A stretch of DNA of 64,000 bases from Chloroflexota bacterium (GCA_963663275.1 OY760183.1:3072001-3136000); one strand, 5' to 3'. Positions 1 through 9,994 are shown, counted from the stretch's first letter. Program-made: numbers and translations. Notes: generated by a model from the letters alone, not told the origin.

Positions 1-856
1 GCTGACAATCCACCACGCGCCGGACGTCATCACTATGGACGACCACGCCACCGCCGTGCGCCAACGACCGGAATCTTCCATCCGCGTCGCGTCCGACCTG
101 GTGAAGCAAGGCGAAGGCACGGCGTTGGTCAGCGCCGGCCATACCGGCGCGACCATGGCGGCGGCGCTGATGGGTTTCGGCCGCATTGCCGGTATCAGCC
201 GTCCGGCGCTGATTGCCCTGGTTCCCAGCCCCAAGACCAACCCCACGCTCCTGATCGACATGGGCGCGAACGCCGACTGCAAGCCGCGCCAACTCCAACA
301 ATTCGGCCTCATGGGCAGCGTTTACTCGGAGCAGGTATACGGCGTTGCCAATCCCCGCGTCGGCCTGCTCTCCATCGGCGAGGAGCCCGGCAAGGGCAAC
401 GAACTTTCCCTGGCGGCCTACGCGCTGCTAGAGGACGCGCCGCTCAACTTCGTGGGCAACGTGGAGGGCCGCCATATCCTGGACGGCTCGGTAGACGTGG
501 TGGCGTGCGACGGGTTCACCGGCAACGTGGCGCTGAAGTCGATCGAAGGCACCGCCGAGGCGGTCGGCGGGCTGCTGCGGGACGCGCTGCGAGCCAACCC
601 GCTCACCATGCTCGGCGCGCTGCTGGCAAAACCGGCCTTCGACCGCGTCCGCACGCGCATGGATTACGAGGAGTACGGCGGCGCGCCGCTGGTGGGACTG
701 AACCACGCCGTCATCATCGCCCACGGCCGCTCCAACGCCAAGGCCATCGCCAGCACCCTGCGCCTGGCCCAGCAGACCGTTGCCATGGACGTGACCGGCA
801 AGATCAACGAGCGTGTGGCGGCGCTGCTGGGCGGCAGCGAAACTTCACCCGCGTAG
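1..856 (+). CDS. plsX: Phosphate acyltransferase PlsX, 5' end truncated by the window edge
   Basis: Motifs SAGHTGA, DMGANAD, IGEEPGKGN, FVGNVEG, CDGFTGN, YGGAPLVG, HGRS; frame is open to the window start. Confidence 0.95.
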   Translation, partial: LTIHHAPDVITMDDHATAVRQRPESSIRVASDLVKQGEGTALVSAGHTGATMAAALMGFGRIAGISRPALIALVPSPKTNPTLLIDMGANADCKPRQLQQFGLMGSVYSEQVYGVANPRVGLLSIGEEPGKGNELSLAAYALLEDAPLNFVGNVEGRHILDGSVDVVACDGFTGNVALKSIEGTAEAVGGLLRDALRANPLTMLGALLAKPAFDRVRTRMDYEEYGGAPLVGLNHAVIIAHGRSNAKAIASTLRLAQQTVAMDVTGKINERVAALLGGSETSPA

Positions 857-1010
857 AGAGCAAGGCTGCTGATCGCCGGCGGCGCGTTGCACAACGCCCA
901 GCGGCCCGCGGCGCAGACGTCACTCTTGGCGTGCGCCCCGATCGGATACTGGGTTTCAAGCAGAATTCGTGCAACCGCTATCGAGCGCGCGCATCCCTGA
1001 TCGAGAAGCC

Positions 1011-1682
1011 TTATTCCCTTGGTCTCTTGACCAGACTCTTCCAGACTGTGTCTACGGTCTCCTCGATGAGTTTCCTTGACTCCGGGACTCCCATAATGTG
1101 TCTCGCCAATATCGACCCAACCATCGCTTGAATTGCGACTTCAAAATTGGCATCGGCGTGTATTTCACCGCGTTCCACACCGCGTTGCAGCACCTTCATC
1201 GCGTCGTCCCGGCGAGGCCGCATGACCCGTTCGCGAAACAGCTCGAATAACTCAGGGTTGCGCCGTTCCTCAACGAGCAGCGCGCCAAGCATGGCATACC
1301 CCGGGCCACGCGCCAACGAGGATTCGGCCAAGGCTAATAGCTCAACCATATCGTCGCGCGCGCTGCCAGTGTCCGGCGGCGGCCCCCAAGAGTCCCGCAG
1401 AGAGGCTAAAGCGGCAGCGGTCAATTCCGCTTTGGACGCATAGCGCCGGTAGATGGCGGTCTTGCCGACGCCGGCTGCGGACGCGACCCGCTCGATGGAC
1501 GCGCCGGCATAGCCTTCTGACGTGAGCACACGCAGCGTGGCTTGCAAAATGGCACGATCGACCGCGGGATCGCGCGGTCGGCCGGGCCTGGCGGACTCCT
1601 GCCCTGCCGTCGACCCCGGCGACGCATTCTCGTCCGGCGGTTCTCTCGCGTGAGGCGACGTGTTCGCGCCGGGCGCGGTCAT
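1011..1682 (-). CDS. TetR/AcrR family transcriptional regulator
   Basis: N-terminal HTH (GRPRDP...SIERVASAAGVGKTAIYRRY); overlaps the MFS stop codon by 4 bp. Confidence 0.92.
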   Translation of the reverse strand: MTAPGANTSPHAREPPDENASPGSTAGQESARPGRPRDPAVDRAILQATLRVLTSEGYAGASIERVASAAGVGKTAIYRRYASKAELTAAALASLRDSWGPPPDTGSARDDMVELLALAESSLARGPGYAMLGALLVEERRNPELFELFRERVMRPRRDDAMKVLQRGVERGEIHADANFEVAIQAMVGSILARHIMGVPESRKLIEETVDTVWKSLVKRPRE

Positions 1683-3262
1683 CGTGCCGCCTCTGCCGGG
1701 GTTTCAAGCGTGTCGACTGCGGCGCGCTCAGCGGACTCCGCGCTCTGCGCAACCGGCAGATGGCGCGCCGGCATGAAACGCACAACGAGTATCGCCCCGA
1801 TTAGAGCCGCGGTCGCTGAAACCAGCACCGCCACGTTGAGCGCGTCACTGAACGCCATGCTAGCCGCATCCATGAGGCGGCTGGCCGCCTGGGCGGGCGC
1901 CAGCGAGGCCACTCTGGCTGCGGCCCCGATGGAATCGCTGGCAGCGGCCGCGGCCTCCGGCGGCAAACCGCCTACAGAGTCTGCCATGCTGCGGCTGTAT
2001 ACGGTGTTGATGGCGGACCCAATGATGGCTACTCCAAAGGCGCCGGCCACCTGCCGCGTCACGTCATTCATGGCCGAGGCTACCCCCGCGTTCGCTTCAG
2101 GAACCGCCCCCATAACCGCATCGGTGGCCGGCGCCATGGCACTGCCCAGGCCGACGGCGAGTAGAAATACGGTAGTGCCCACGATCCAATACTCAGTATC
2201 CGGCCGCCAAAGCGCCATTGAAACGAACACTGCGGATGCCAGCAGCAGGCCCAGCGTCACGACCTTGTTGGTGCCCAGCCTTGCCACCAGGCGATGGCTA
2301 TTGCCCGCGCCAACCACAACGCCCAAGGCCAATGGTACCATTCTCACGCCGGCCTCCAGCGGTGTGTAGCCTTGGACGAATTGCAGGAATTGGGTCAGGC
2401 CGAATATCATGCCGAACATGGCGAAGAAGGCGATCGCGATCGCGCCGGCGCCTGCGGAGAAACGTGGGTTCTTGAAGAACGTAAGGTTGAGCATTGGGTG
2501 CGGGGTTCTCACTTCCCACGCGACGAAAGCGGCAGCCAGAATCGCGCCGCCCACGAAGCACGCCAGCACCACACCATCCGTCCAGCCGCGCACCGGGGCT
2601 TCGATGATGGCGAACACCAGGGCTGTTACGGCGCCTATGGACAGGGCAGCGCCGAGAATGTCTAGGCGCGCCGGGTGGGGATCGCGGCTCTCCGGAATGA
2701 TCACGAGTCCGCCGACTATGGCAAGCGCCGCGATCGGGATGTTGATGAGGAACACGGAACCCCACCAGAAGTTCTCCAGCAAGAGGCCGCCCGTAATCGG
2801 GCCGAGACCAATGCCGAGCCCGGCAACGCCGGCCCAAATGCTAATGGCCCGGCCCCGTTCCTCCCGTGGAAAGACGTTGGTAAGGATCGATAACGTGGAC
2901 GGCATGATGAGGGCGCCGCCAATACCCATCAAGGCGCGGGCAGCGATGAGTTGCGCAGTGGAGTCCGCATACGCCGCAAACAAGCTTGAAAGACCAAATA
3001 GCACAATGCCAAGTTGCAGCGCGCGCTTGCGGCCGAACCGGTCCCCCAGCGATCCCATCGTGAGCAGCAGGCCGGCAAACACGAGAATGTAGGCGTCTAC
3101 CATCCACTGCAATTCGGTTGCGCTGGCATCGAACTCCCGCTGCAGCGTGGGGATGGCAACGTTGAGGATGGTGTTATCCAGGCCGATGATGAGCAGGCTC
3201 ATGGCGAGCAGACCCAGGATCCACCACCGCTTGCGATATGCGTCCGAGTTTGCGGTATTCAC
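1679..3262 (-). CDS. DHA2 (14-TMS) MFS drug efflux transporter
   Basis: LDNTILNVAIP, GSLGDRFGRKR, WWGSVFLINIP motifs; GTG start after AAGGAGG. Confidence 0.93.
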   Translation of the reverse strand: MNTANSDAYRKRWWILGLLAMSLLIIGLDNTILNVAIPTLQREFDASATELQWMVDAYILVFAGLLLTMGSLGDRFGRKRALQLGIVLFGLSSLFAAYADSTAQLIAARALMGIGGALIMPSTLSILTNVFPREERGRAISIWAGVAGLGIGLGPITGGLLLENFWWGSVFLINIPIAALAIVGGLVIIPESRDPHPARLDILGAALSIGAVTALVFAIIEAPVRGWTDGVVLACFVGGAILAAAFVAWEVRTPHPMLNLTFFKNPRFSAGAGAIAIAFFAMFGMIFGLTQFLQFVQGYTPLEAGVRMVPLALGVVVGAGNSHRLVARLGTNKVVTLGLLLASAVFVSMALWRPDTEYWIVGTTVFLLAVGLGSAMAPATDAVMGAVPEANAGVASAMNDVTRQVAGAFGVAIIGSAINTVYSRSMADSVGGLPPEAAAAASDSIGAAARVASLAPAQAASRLMDAASMAFSDALNVAVLVSATAALIGAILVVRFMPARHLPVAQSAESAERAAVDTLETPAEAAR

Positions 3263-3285
3263 AACATACCTCCTTGTAGCATTAC

Positions 3286-3334
3286 GATACCGTCTCGTAT
3301 CTATATACTAGCCATTAGGAGGTACGGGTGTCAA
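3286..3334 (-). promoter_or_regulatory. Sigma70-type promoter and candidate TetR operator for the MFS-TetR operon
   Basis: Minus strand TTGACA (3334-3329), 18 nt, TAGTAT (3310-3305); palindrome GATAC-N6-GTATC (3286-3301) at the expected transcription start. Confidence 0.6.
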
Positions 3335-3357
3335 TTCTGCGGCAACTTCCTGGCCTT

Positions 3358-5130
3358 CTACACCCACGGAAAACTGAGCGTAGGCTGGTTGGCGTAGCGT
3401 TGCATGGTGAGCGTGACGCGCTCGCCCGCGCCGGGCGCGAGCCGCACGACGAGGTGCGGGCCGTTGACCTCAGTCGTGATGCCCCCGGCCGTGGCGCTGA
3501 TAAACTGGTGTTCGGCATACGCGCCACCCTGCACGATGATTGTCCGTTCCTCCACCGGATGGAGGTTTACGAGCGTCACGCCGACCTCGGAAGCGGTCAG
3601 GTGGTCCACCAGCGCCGCCACGTCTGCCGGCAGTCCGGCGCGGCGGCGCGCGGGATCGAAGTAGCGCAGGCGGCAATAGAGCGGCCCGCCGTCGCGTCCC
3701 GTGGGAAAGCCGCCGAGCGTTAGTCGAGTGAGCGCGTCGGTGATGGCGGGATTGAAGGCGTTCATGTCGTCGGAGAGGCGCGTATCCGGCGTGGTGGCGT
3801 CCAGCCGCACCTTCTGGCTGCGCTGCCGCACCTCGGCGTAGTCGCGCTGCAGCGCCGCCACCGGATAGTTGGGATTGTTGCCGGCCAGGAAGTCGTACCA
3901 CGGGTCGTGCGGCGCGCGCGCCAGGTCCTGCGGGTCCATGGTCAGGTAGTACATCTCATGCGCGCCCGCCGCGAACGGCGCCGGCCGGTAGTCGTACCAC
4001 CCTTCTTCACCAAGCGCGTCGCCGTACATGTGGGGATAGGTGGCCGCGCCGTCGCTGTCCTGGGCATTGGCGTTCACGGCGTCCAGCATCTCGCGCCAGA
4101 CCGCAAGATAACCCTGGTCGCCGGTGAGCATCAGCGCGTTGCCAAAGCCGTAGACGGCGCGTTGCTGCCATGCCGGCCGGTGCGCCAGCTTGCCGGTATT
4201 GTGGTCGATCACCGAGAAACCCCAGCCGTAGACGCCGCCGTACCACTTGCCGTCGCACGCGCCGCCAATCGTGCCGTCCAGCCCGATGTTGGTGGGGATG
4301 ATGCCGTTGTTCGCCTTGGTATGCGCCACCCAGCCGTCCACGTAGCGCAGGATCCAATCGCGGTACTTCGCTTCGCCGGTGAGGGCGTAGGCGGTGAGCG
4401 CGACAGTGGTGGTACTGAGGTTCAGGGGATGATCGCCCGCCACGTCGTTGTAGTCGCGGAAATGGTCGAGCATCTGGGCGAAGCTGTTTTCGCCGTGCTT
4501 GGCGTCGAAGCGCCCCGCCACCTCGATTGGGTCGCCGGCCCAATCGAGCGCGGTCGACTTGCGCAGCAGCGGCCCCCGGCTGCCGTTGAACATGCTGCGG
4601 ATGAGGTTGTGCTCCGGGTCGTAGTTCGGCGCCTGCGGGTCTTCATCCATGTAGAAGCCGGCGTAGCGGCGGATGCGCTGCTCGTAGACGCGGCTTGCCG
4701 GGTCGCTGAGCGGCTCCAGGATGAAGGGCGAAATCCATTCGCCGTGGTGCATCCAATCGAACATCACCGAGAACTCTTTGTAGTACATGCCCTCCCGCGC
4801 CATGGGCACGTACTCGCTCTTGGCCTCGGTATACTGGCGCAGATGCCCGTCCCAGCCGTGCTTGTACATTGCCAGGACGCTATCCGCTGCCCCCAGCGCG
4901 TGGAGCATGGGCCAGTTGAGCAGGTTCTCGCCCGCGTCGTCCGGGCCGTCGTTGCCGCCCCAGCGCGGGATGCAGAGCAGGTAGCCCCGCTCGTCGAAGT
5001 ACTTGGCGTAGAACGCCGCGCACGCCGCCTCCTGCGCCCGCAACAACTCCCGCTCCAACAACGCCCAATGCGGCGGGGCGAGCGGCGTCTTCAGGTATAC
5101 TAGAGGCGAACGGCCATCTACACTGCTCAT
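3358..5130 (-). CDS. Uncharacterised ~590 aa protein, possibly an alpha/alpha-barrel lyase or hydrolase
   Basis: Long ORF with coding-type GC bias, rich in W/Y/D; ATG at 5130 preceded by GGAGG; fold is inference. Confidence 0.75.
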   Translation of the reverse strand: MSSVDGRSPLVYLKTPLAPPHWALLERELLRAQEAACAAFYAKYFDERGYLLCIPRWGGNDGPDDAGENLLNWPMLHALGAADSVLAMYKHGWDGHLRQYTEAKSEYVPMAREGMYYKEFSVMFDWMHHGEWISPFILEPLSDPASRVYEQRIRRYAGFYMDEDPQAPNYDPEHNLIRSMFNGSRGPLLRKSTALDWAGDPIEVAGRFDAKHGENSFAQMLDHFRDYNDVAGDHPLNLSTTTVALTAYALTGEAKYRDWILRYVDGWVAHTKANNGIIPTNIGLDGTIGGACDGKWYGGVYGWGFSVIDHNTGKLAHRPAWQQRAVYGFGNALMLTGDQGYLAVWREMLDAVNANAQDSDGAATYPHMYGDALGEEGWYDYRPAPFAAGAHEMYYLTMDPQDLARAPHDPWYDFLAGNNPNYPVAALQRDYAEVRQRSQKVRLDATTPDTRLSDDMNAFNPAITDALTRLTLGGFPTGRDGGPLYCRLRYFDPARRRAGLPADVAALVDHLTASEVGVTLVNLHPVEERTIIVQGGAYAEHQFISATAGGITTEVNGPHLVVRLAPGAGERVTLTMQRYANQPTLSFPWV

Positions 5131-5330
5131 AGCTTCCTCCGTGTTTTGGGACTGAATTGCCATCGGAGCTTTGGTCAGTCTTGGGGCTGTTGAGCAAGAG
5201 TGTCTCACTATTCTCTCCATTTGGCAATGAAGCCTACAAGAGACCGTAGGCGCTGCGCGCCCGGCACTTGCGCGTGGCCGACGCTCAGGGACGATTTGCA
5301 GTGCGTGGACGGTAGCTAGTAGGAGTTGCA

Positions 5331-6068
5331 ATGATACGCGGAATCGTCTTCGACCTGGACGGCACGCTGCTCGATCATGACGGCACCGAATACAGGGCGT
5401 TGCGAAAACTCTATCCTACGCTGCTCGCCGATGAGGGTGAGCCGCGGCGGTGGCCTGCTTTTCCGGAGTTTGCCGCCGCGTGGCATGAAGCGGCCGAGCA
5501 AAGCTGGCGGCTTTATGTGGAAGGCGAGTTGACCCTTGCCGAGCAGCGAACCTGGCGCGTGCAGCAGGTGCTCGCGATGCGGCAAGGGTCCGGTTGCGGC
5601 GATGACCCGCTTTCGGAGGAAGACGTTGAAGGTATTCTCGATCGCTACCTTCCACTCTATGAGGAGAGTTGGTTTCTCTATCCAGATACCGTTCCCTGCC
5701 TCGAGGCGTTGTCAGCGTATCCTCTGGGCATGGTCACCAACGGCGACGGCAGGCAGCAACGGCAAAAGCTCCGGTTCACGGAGATTGAGCAGTACTTTCG
5801 TTCCGTAGTGGTCTCAGGCGACGTTGGCGTGCGGAAGCCGCAGCGAGAAATCTTCGATACGAGCGCCGGAGAGATGGGTCTCACATCCGGCGAATTGCTC
5901 TTCATTGGCGACAATCCCCACGCCGACGTGCAGGGAGCGCTCCAAGCCGGTTGGCGCGCCGTCTGGCTGAATCGCACCGGCGCCGAACAGGCAGTGCGGG
6001 CCCCTACCATCGCCTCGCTCTCAGAATTGCCGCCTCTGATCGTGGGAGGGAATCTTGACCGCGTGTAG
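5331..6068 (+). CDS. HAD-superfamily hydrolase (YjjG-like)
   Basis: FDLDGTL, VTNG, RKP, FIGDNPHADVQGA motifs. Confidence 0.9.
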   Translation: MIRGIVFDLDGTLLDHDGTEYRALRKLYPTLLADEGEPRRWPAFPEFAAAWHEAAEQSWRLYVEGELTLAEQRTWRVQQVLAMRQGSGCGDDPLSEEDVEGILDRYLPLYEESWFLYPDTVPCLEALSAYPLGMVTNGDGRQQRQKLRFTEIEQYFRSVVVSGDVGVRKPQREIFDTSAGEMGLTSGELLFIGDNPHADVQGALQAGWRAVWLNRTGAEQAVRAPTIASLSELPPLIVGGNLDRV

Positions 6069-6113
6069 AGCCGGGCTTTTCGCTGGCAATCGCTCTCAAG
6101 GACTTACGCAACT

Positions 6114-7088
6114 ATGATTCGCTGTTTTATCGGCCATAGCAAAGGCACCGTCGAGGCGGAAATCGCCAAACTCACGGTGGAGAGAGACGCGATTGCCGAC
6201 CTCAATCGGGCCGTGTTGGACGGCGACGAAATCGACCTGGAGACCTTGCGGACGCATTGCGACACCTTGCCGTTCATGGGCGGCGGCAAGCTGGTCGTCG
6301 TGCGGGGCTTGCTGAGCCGCTGCCTGAAGGAGAAGCCGCTGCGCGAGGGGTTGCTGGCGTACCTGCCGGGACTGCCGGACCACTGTACGCTCGTGCTGGC
6401 GGATAGCGCCCTGCCCCGGGGGAGAGAGACGACCGCGCTCACCAAAGCGTTGCGCAAATTGCCGGACGCAACCGTGGACATTGCCGATCAACGCAAAGGC
6501 GCGCCGCAGATTGGGTGGATCGTCGAAAACGCCCCGCGCTTTGGCTGCGGCATCACGCGCCGCGCGGCGGAACACCTGGCGGCGGTGCTGCCCGACCGCG
6601 ACACGATCGAACAAGAATTGACCAAGCTGGCGAATTACCGCAATCGCACCGGCACGATCAGCGAGGAAGACGTGCACCTGCTGGTACCCCAATCGCGGGA
6701 ATCGAATATCTTTGCCTTTGCGGACGCCGTTTCCGACGGGCGGCGCCGCCAGGCGCTCGCGCTGCTGCACGACCTGCCCAACCAGGAACCCGGCTACGTG
6801 CTCGTGATGATTGCCCGCCAGTTCCGCCTCATCCTCCAGGCGAAACACGCCCTCCGCACGGTGCAAGCGCCCAACGAGGTGGCCCGCGCCGTCGGCCTCA
6901 CCCGCGCGCCGCCCCACGCCGTCAGGCGCGTCATCGCCCAGGCGCGCCGCTTCAGCGTCGACCAACTGGCGGCCATCCACGCCCACGTCGCCCGCACCGA
7001 CTTCGCCATCAAGCGCAGCAAGATGGACCCGGCCACGGCGTTGGACCTGCTGGTCGTCGGGCTGTGTTCCATCGCCAGCCGGCGTTAG
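6114..7088 (+). CDS. holA: DNA polymerase III delta subunit
   Basis: TLPFMGGGKLVVV, QELTKLANY, NIFAFADAV, ARQFR, DFAIK; adjacent to rpsT. Confidence 0.85.
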   Translation: MIRCFIGHSKGTVEAEIAKLTVERDAIADLNRAVLDGDEIDLETLRTHCDTLPFMGGGKLVVVRGLLSRCLKEKPLREGLLAYLPGLPDHCTLVLADSALPRGRETTALTKALRKLPDATVDIADQRKGAPQIGWIVENAPRFGCGITRRAAEHLAAVLPDRDTIEQELTKLANYRNRTGTISEEDVHLLVPQSRESNIFAFADAVSDGRRRQALALLHDLPNQEPGYVLVMIARQFRLILQAKHALRTVQAPNEVARAVGLTRAPPHAVRRVIAQARRFSVDQLAAIHAHVARTDFAIKRSKMDPATALDLLVVGLCSIASRR

Positions 7089-7258
7089 AGCCTGTTTACG
7101 ATCGTTCTGTTTGCACGAGGAACGTTCGCCCTGAGCTTGTCGAAGGGTGAACGGAACCGCCGCATATTGGCGAATAGCCTTTCATACTTCGACAAGCTCA
7201 GCACGAACGGTTTGCGACGGCTTCGCAGACACCCTCTAAGCAGATCGCAAACAGGCTC
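7088..7258. mobile_element. MITE with IS5 (IS1031-group)-like ends carrying REP-like palindromes
   Basis: TIR GAGCCTGTTTACGATC vs revcomp GAGCCTGTTTGCGATC (15/16); TTA on both flanks (7085-7087, 7259-7261). Confidence 0.75.
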
Positions 7259-7411
7259 TTAGGAGAACGCGCCGCGGCGGGCGTTAACCGGCGGCGCGAA
7301 CGCCAACCCTTCGTGTGGAGAAGATTCCGCAAAAGGCAAACCCCGCGCTTCCCGTTTAGCGGTTGGCGCGAGGCGTAAAACCCCCGCAGACGGTTGGCAG
7401 CACGAGGTACT

Positions 7412-7687
7412 CTAGGCTGCTCCGCTGAACGCCTGGTTGTAACGGCGCGTGAGTTGCGACTTGTGCCTGGCGGCGTTATTGGTGTGAATAACGCCCTTGC
7501 GGGCGGCGCGGTCGTAGCGGGCGCAGGCCAACGCCACGGCATCCTGCGCCGTCTCTTGGTCGCCGTCCGCGATGGCTTCGGACGCTTTACGGCTGAAGGT
7601 CTTCAAGCTACTGCGCACCGAGCGGTTGCGCAGGCGGCGCCGCTCCTGGCGGCGGACGCGCTTGAGATTGGCTCGTCTCTTGGGCAA
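7412..7687 (-). CDS. rpsT: 30S ribosomal protein S20
   Basis: KRVRRQERRRLRNRSVRSSLKT...DRAARKGVIHTNNAARHKSQL. Confidence 0.95.
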   Translation of the reverse strand: MPKRRANLKRVRRQERRRLRNRSVRSSLKTFSRKASEAIADGDQETAQDAVALACARYDRAARKGVIHTNNAARHKSQLTRRYNQAFSGAA

Positions 7688-7795
7688 TGTCTTGCGTCTC
7701 CTCGACTCTTTCTACCAGACCATGGCGACATAGTACGCCTGTTTCGCCCATTATACCAACTTCCGCCGTGCCGCGCCCGTTGTGAACTCCCATTG

Positions 7796-8118
7796 GAGCC
7801 CCTTGCGCAACCTCGCCAGTGGGTATTGAGACTCCCTCTCCCTGGGGAGAGGGCCGGGGTGAGGAAAATCCCCATAGACTCCCTCTCACTTCGCAAGATT
7901 TGGGCATGCTTCGCCGCGCAATCTCCCCTCACCCTAACCCTCTCCCGGCGTAGACCTTTGCGTAACCCCTTCCCCATTGGGGGGAAGGTTGGGATGGGGG
8001 GTGAAATGGCTTGACACCATGCACTTTTTAGTTGTAAAAGCACTCTGGATTCCGGTTTTCACCGGAATGACAGAGTTATGCAAAGGTCTCCGGCGGGAGA
8101 GGGGACAAGGCGCGCGCC
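7796..8118 (-). repeat. Composite repeat with paired CCCTCTCCC/GGGAGAGGG hairpins, homologous to 10309-11798 and interrupted by a MITE
   Basis: Reverse complement aligns by eye with the IS481 flanks (TTGTCCCCTCTCC..GGGAGAGGGTTAGGGTGAGGGGAGATTG..TGCCCAAA..CCTCACCCCGGCCCTCTCCCCAGGGAGAGGGAG). Confidence 0.75.
7951..8090. mobile_element. MITE with GAGACCTTTGC-type ends
   Basis: Ends TAGACCTTTGCGTAAC and GTTATGCAAAGGTCTC; 5-bp duplication CGGCG (7946-7950, 8091-8095); second copy at 39395-39691. Confidence 0.8.
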
Positions 8119-8134
8119 ACGCTGCCGCACCGGC

Positions 8135-8437
8135 CTAGCCGTCGGCGTCTTCCGCACTCTCCAGTTTGTACAGTTGCGTGGACGTATCGCGGCAGGTGGC
8201 CGTGCGCAGCACCGCGTCGCGGGAAACGTTGGTAAGGCTGGCCCAGCGTCCCCAGTGCGGTTGGCCCTTGGTCGCGTTGCCTTGCTCGCGCGCCAGCTTG
8301 TGGAGCACAGCAGTCGCGCGATTGGCGACGTTCGCCAGCATCATGGCCGCCGCGGCCGGCGGCAGTTCCGCGGCCATCCCTTTGAGCAGCGCGTCTACCT
8401 CTTTCGGCACCGCGCGGGGCTTGACGTCGATCTCCAT
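8135..8437 (-). CDS. Hypothetical protein (100 aa)
   Basis: ATG preceded by GAGGAG; coding-type codon bias; no recognised motif. Confidence 0.65.
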   Translation of the reverse strand: MEIDVKPRAVPKEVDALLKGMAAELPPAAAAMMLANVANRATAVLHKLAREQGNATKGQPHWGRWASLTNVSRDAVLRTATCRDTSTQLYKLESAEDADG

Positions 8438-8704
8438 CGTACTTCTCTCCTCATTGGTTCTTGGTCGGCATATGTGGTTTGCACTCTTCCACCGTGTCCG
8501 GCGCGGCTCCAGGCGCGCGCCTGCCCTGAATCATACCAAACGGCGGCGCGGAAGCCGCAAGGCGGCCGGCGGCGCACACCACGCGGCGATGCGAGGTTTC
8601 TGCACCGTGCCGGGCGCGTGCAAACGAGACCGTGAACGAGTATAGTAGCGTGGAACGCGTATAAACACAGACGCTTGCCAAACACGGGGAGGAACCGCGC
8701 GCTT

Positions 8705-9994
8705 ATGGGCAATGAAGAGCAACCGGAGAACGCCGCGCCCGCGCCCGTAGGGCCGGTCACCCGCGCCGCGCGCATCGACGTCATCGACATCCTGCGCGGG
8801 TTCGCTCTGTTCGGCATCCTGCTGGTCAACATGGAGCTTTTCAGCTACCCGTTCCAGCAGGTACTGCTCGGGCACGGCGAACTGGCGTCGTTTGCCGACC
8901 GGCTGGCCGTCTGGGGCATCGAGCTTTTGGCCGAAACGAAGTTCTACCCCATCTTCTCGTTCCTCTTCGGCCTCGGGTTCGCGCTGCAGATCCAACGCGC
9001 CGAGCAGCGGGGCACGCGCTTCGTGCCGTTCTATCTGCGGCGTCTGTTCATCCTGCTCTTGATCGGCCTCGCCCACGCCGTCTTCATCTGGGTGGGGGAC
9101 ATTCTGGTGCTCTATTCCCTGCTCGGCGCGATTCTGCTGCTCTTCTTCCGCAGCCGCGCGCCGCGCACGCTGCTGATCTGGGCCGGAGTCATGCTGGCGG
9201 TGTCGGCAATTATCATCGGCGGGCTTTCCGGTCTGGCTCTGCTCGTACAGTCGGCGCCGGAAGGCGCGGCGCAGATGGAAAAGCAGTTTGCCGAAACGGA
9301 GGCCGAACTCCGCGTGGCCGCCGCGCAAGCCCGGGAAATTTACACTACCGGCTCATTTGGCGAAGTCACGGCGCAGCGCCTGCGCGACCTCGGCCAGGCG
9401 TATAGCCTCGCCGTCTTCCTCGGCTTCAACGCATTTGCCATGTTCCTGCTCGGTCTCTACGCCGGCCGGCGCGGCATCTTCCGGGACATCGCCGCGCACG
9501 CGCCGCTCTTCCGCAGGATTCTCTGGTGGGCGCTTCCCATCGGCTTCGGCAGCCAGGTGGTGTTCGTGGTGTTGAGCGAAGGCTCCAGCCAACTCCAGCC
9601 GACGGTGGGCAGCCTGGTTGCCGGCGTGGCGCAAACCCTGGGCGCGCCGGCGTTGGCGCTGGGCTACGTGGCGGCAATGACGCTGCTCGTCCAGCGCGAG
9701 GCCTGGCTAAACCGGCTGCGGCCATTGTCCGCGGTCGGGCGCATGGCCTTGACCAACTATCTCCTGCAATCGCTGGTTGCCACCACCATCTTCTACGGCT
9801 ACGGTTTCGGGCTATTCGGACAGGTGGGGCCGGCCGTCGGCCTGCTCATCACCATTGCCATCTTTGTAGCGCAGATACCGTTCAGCGTGTGGTGGATGAA
9901 CCGGTTTCAGTTTGGCCCGGTGGAGTGGCTCTGGCGCACCTTGACCTATATGCGCCCGCAGCCGTTTCGACTGCCGCGCACAACAGAACGCTAG
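8705..9994 (+). CDS. DUF418/YeiB-family membrane protein
   Basis: RIDVIDILRGFALFGILLVN, KFYPIFSFLFGLGF, VGRMALTNYLLQS, FGPVEWLWR. Confidence 0.9.
   Translation: MGNEEQPENAAPAPVGPVTRAARIDVIDILRGFALFGILLVNMELFSYPFQQVLLGHGELASFADRLAVWGIELLAETKFYPIFSFLFGLGFALQIQRAEQRGTRFVPFYLRRLFILLLIGLAHAVFIWVGDILVLYSLLGAILLLFFRSRAPRTLLIWAGVMLAVSAIIIGGLSGLALLVQSAPEGAAQMEKQFAETEAELRVAAAQAREIYTTGSFGEVTAQRLRDLGQAYSLAVFLGFNAFAMFLLGLYAGRRGIFRDIAAHAPLFRRILWWALPIGFGSQVVFVVLSEGSSQLQPTVGSLVAGVAQTLGAPALALGYVAAMTLLVQREAWLNRLRPLSAVGRMALTNYLLQSLVATTIFYGYGFGLFGQVGPAVGLLITIAIFVAQIPFSVWWMNRFQFGPVEWLWRTLTYMRPQPFRLPRTTER

Noticed and set aside
7331-7385. AAGGCAAACC..GGCGTAAAAC resembling a c-di-GMP-I riboswitch
   Set aside because: No GNRA-capped P2 stem and no downstream gene on that strand
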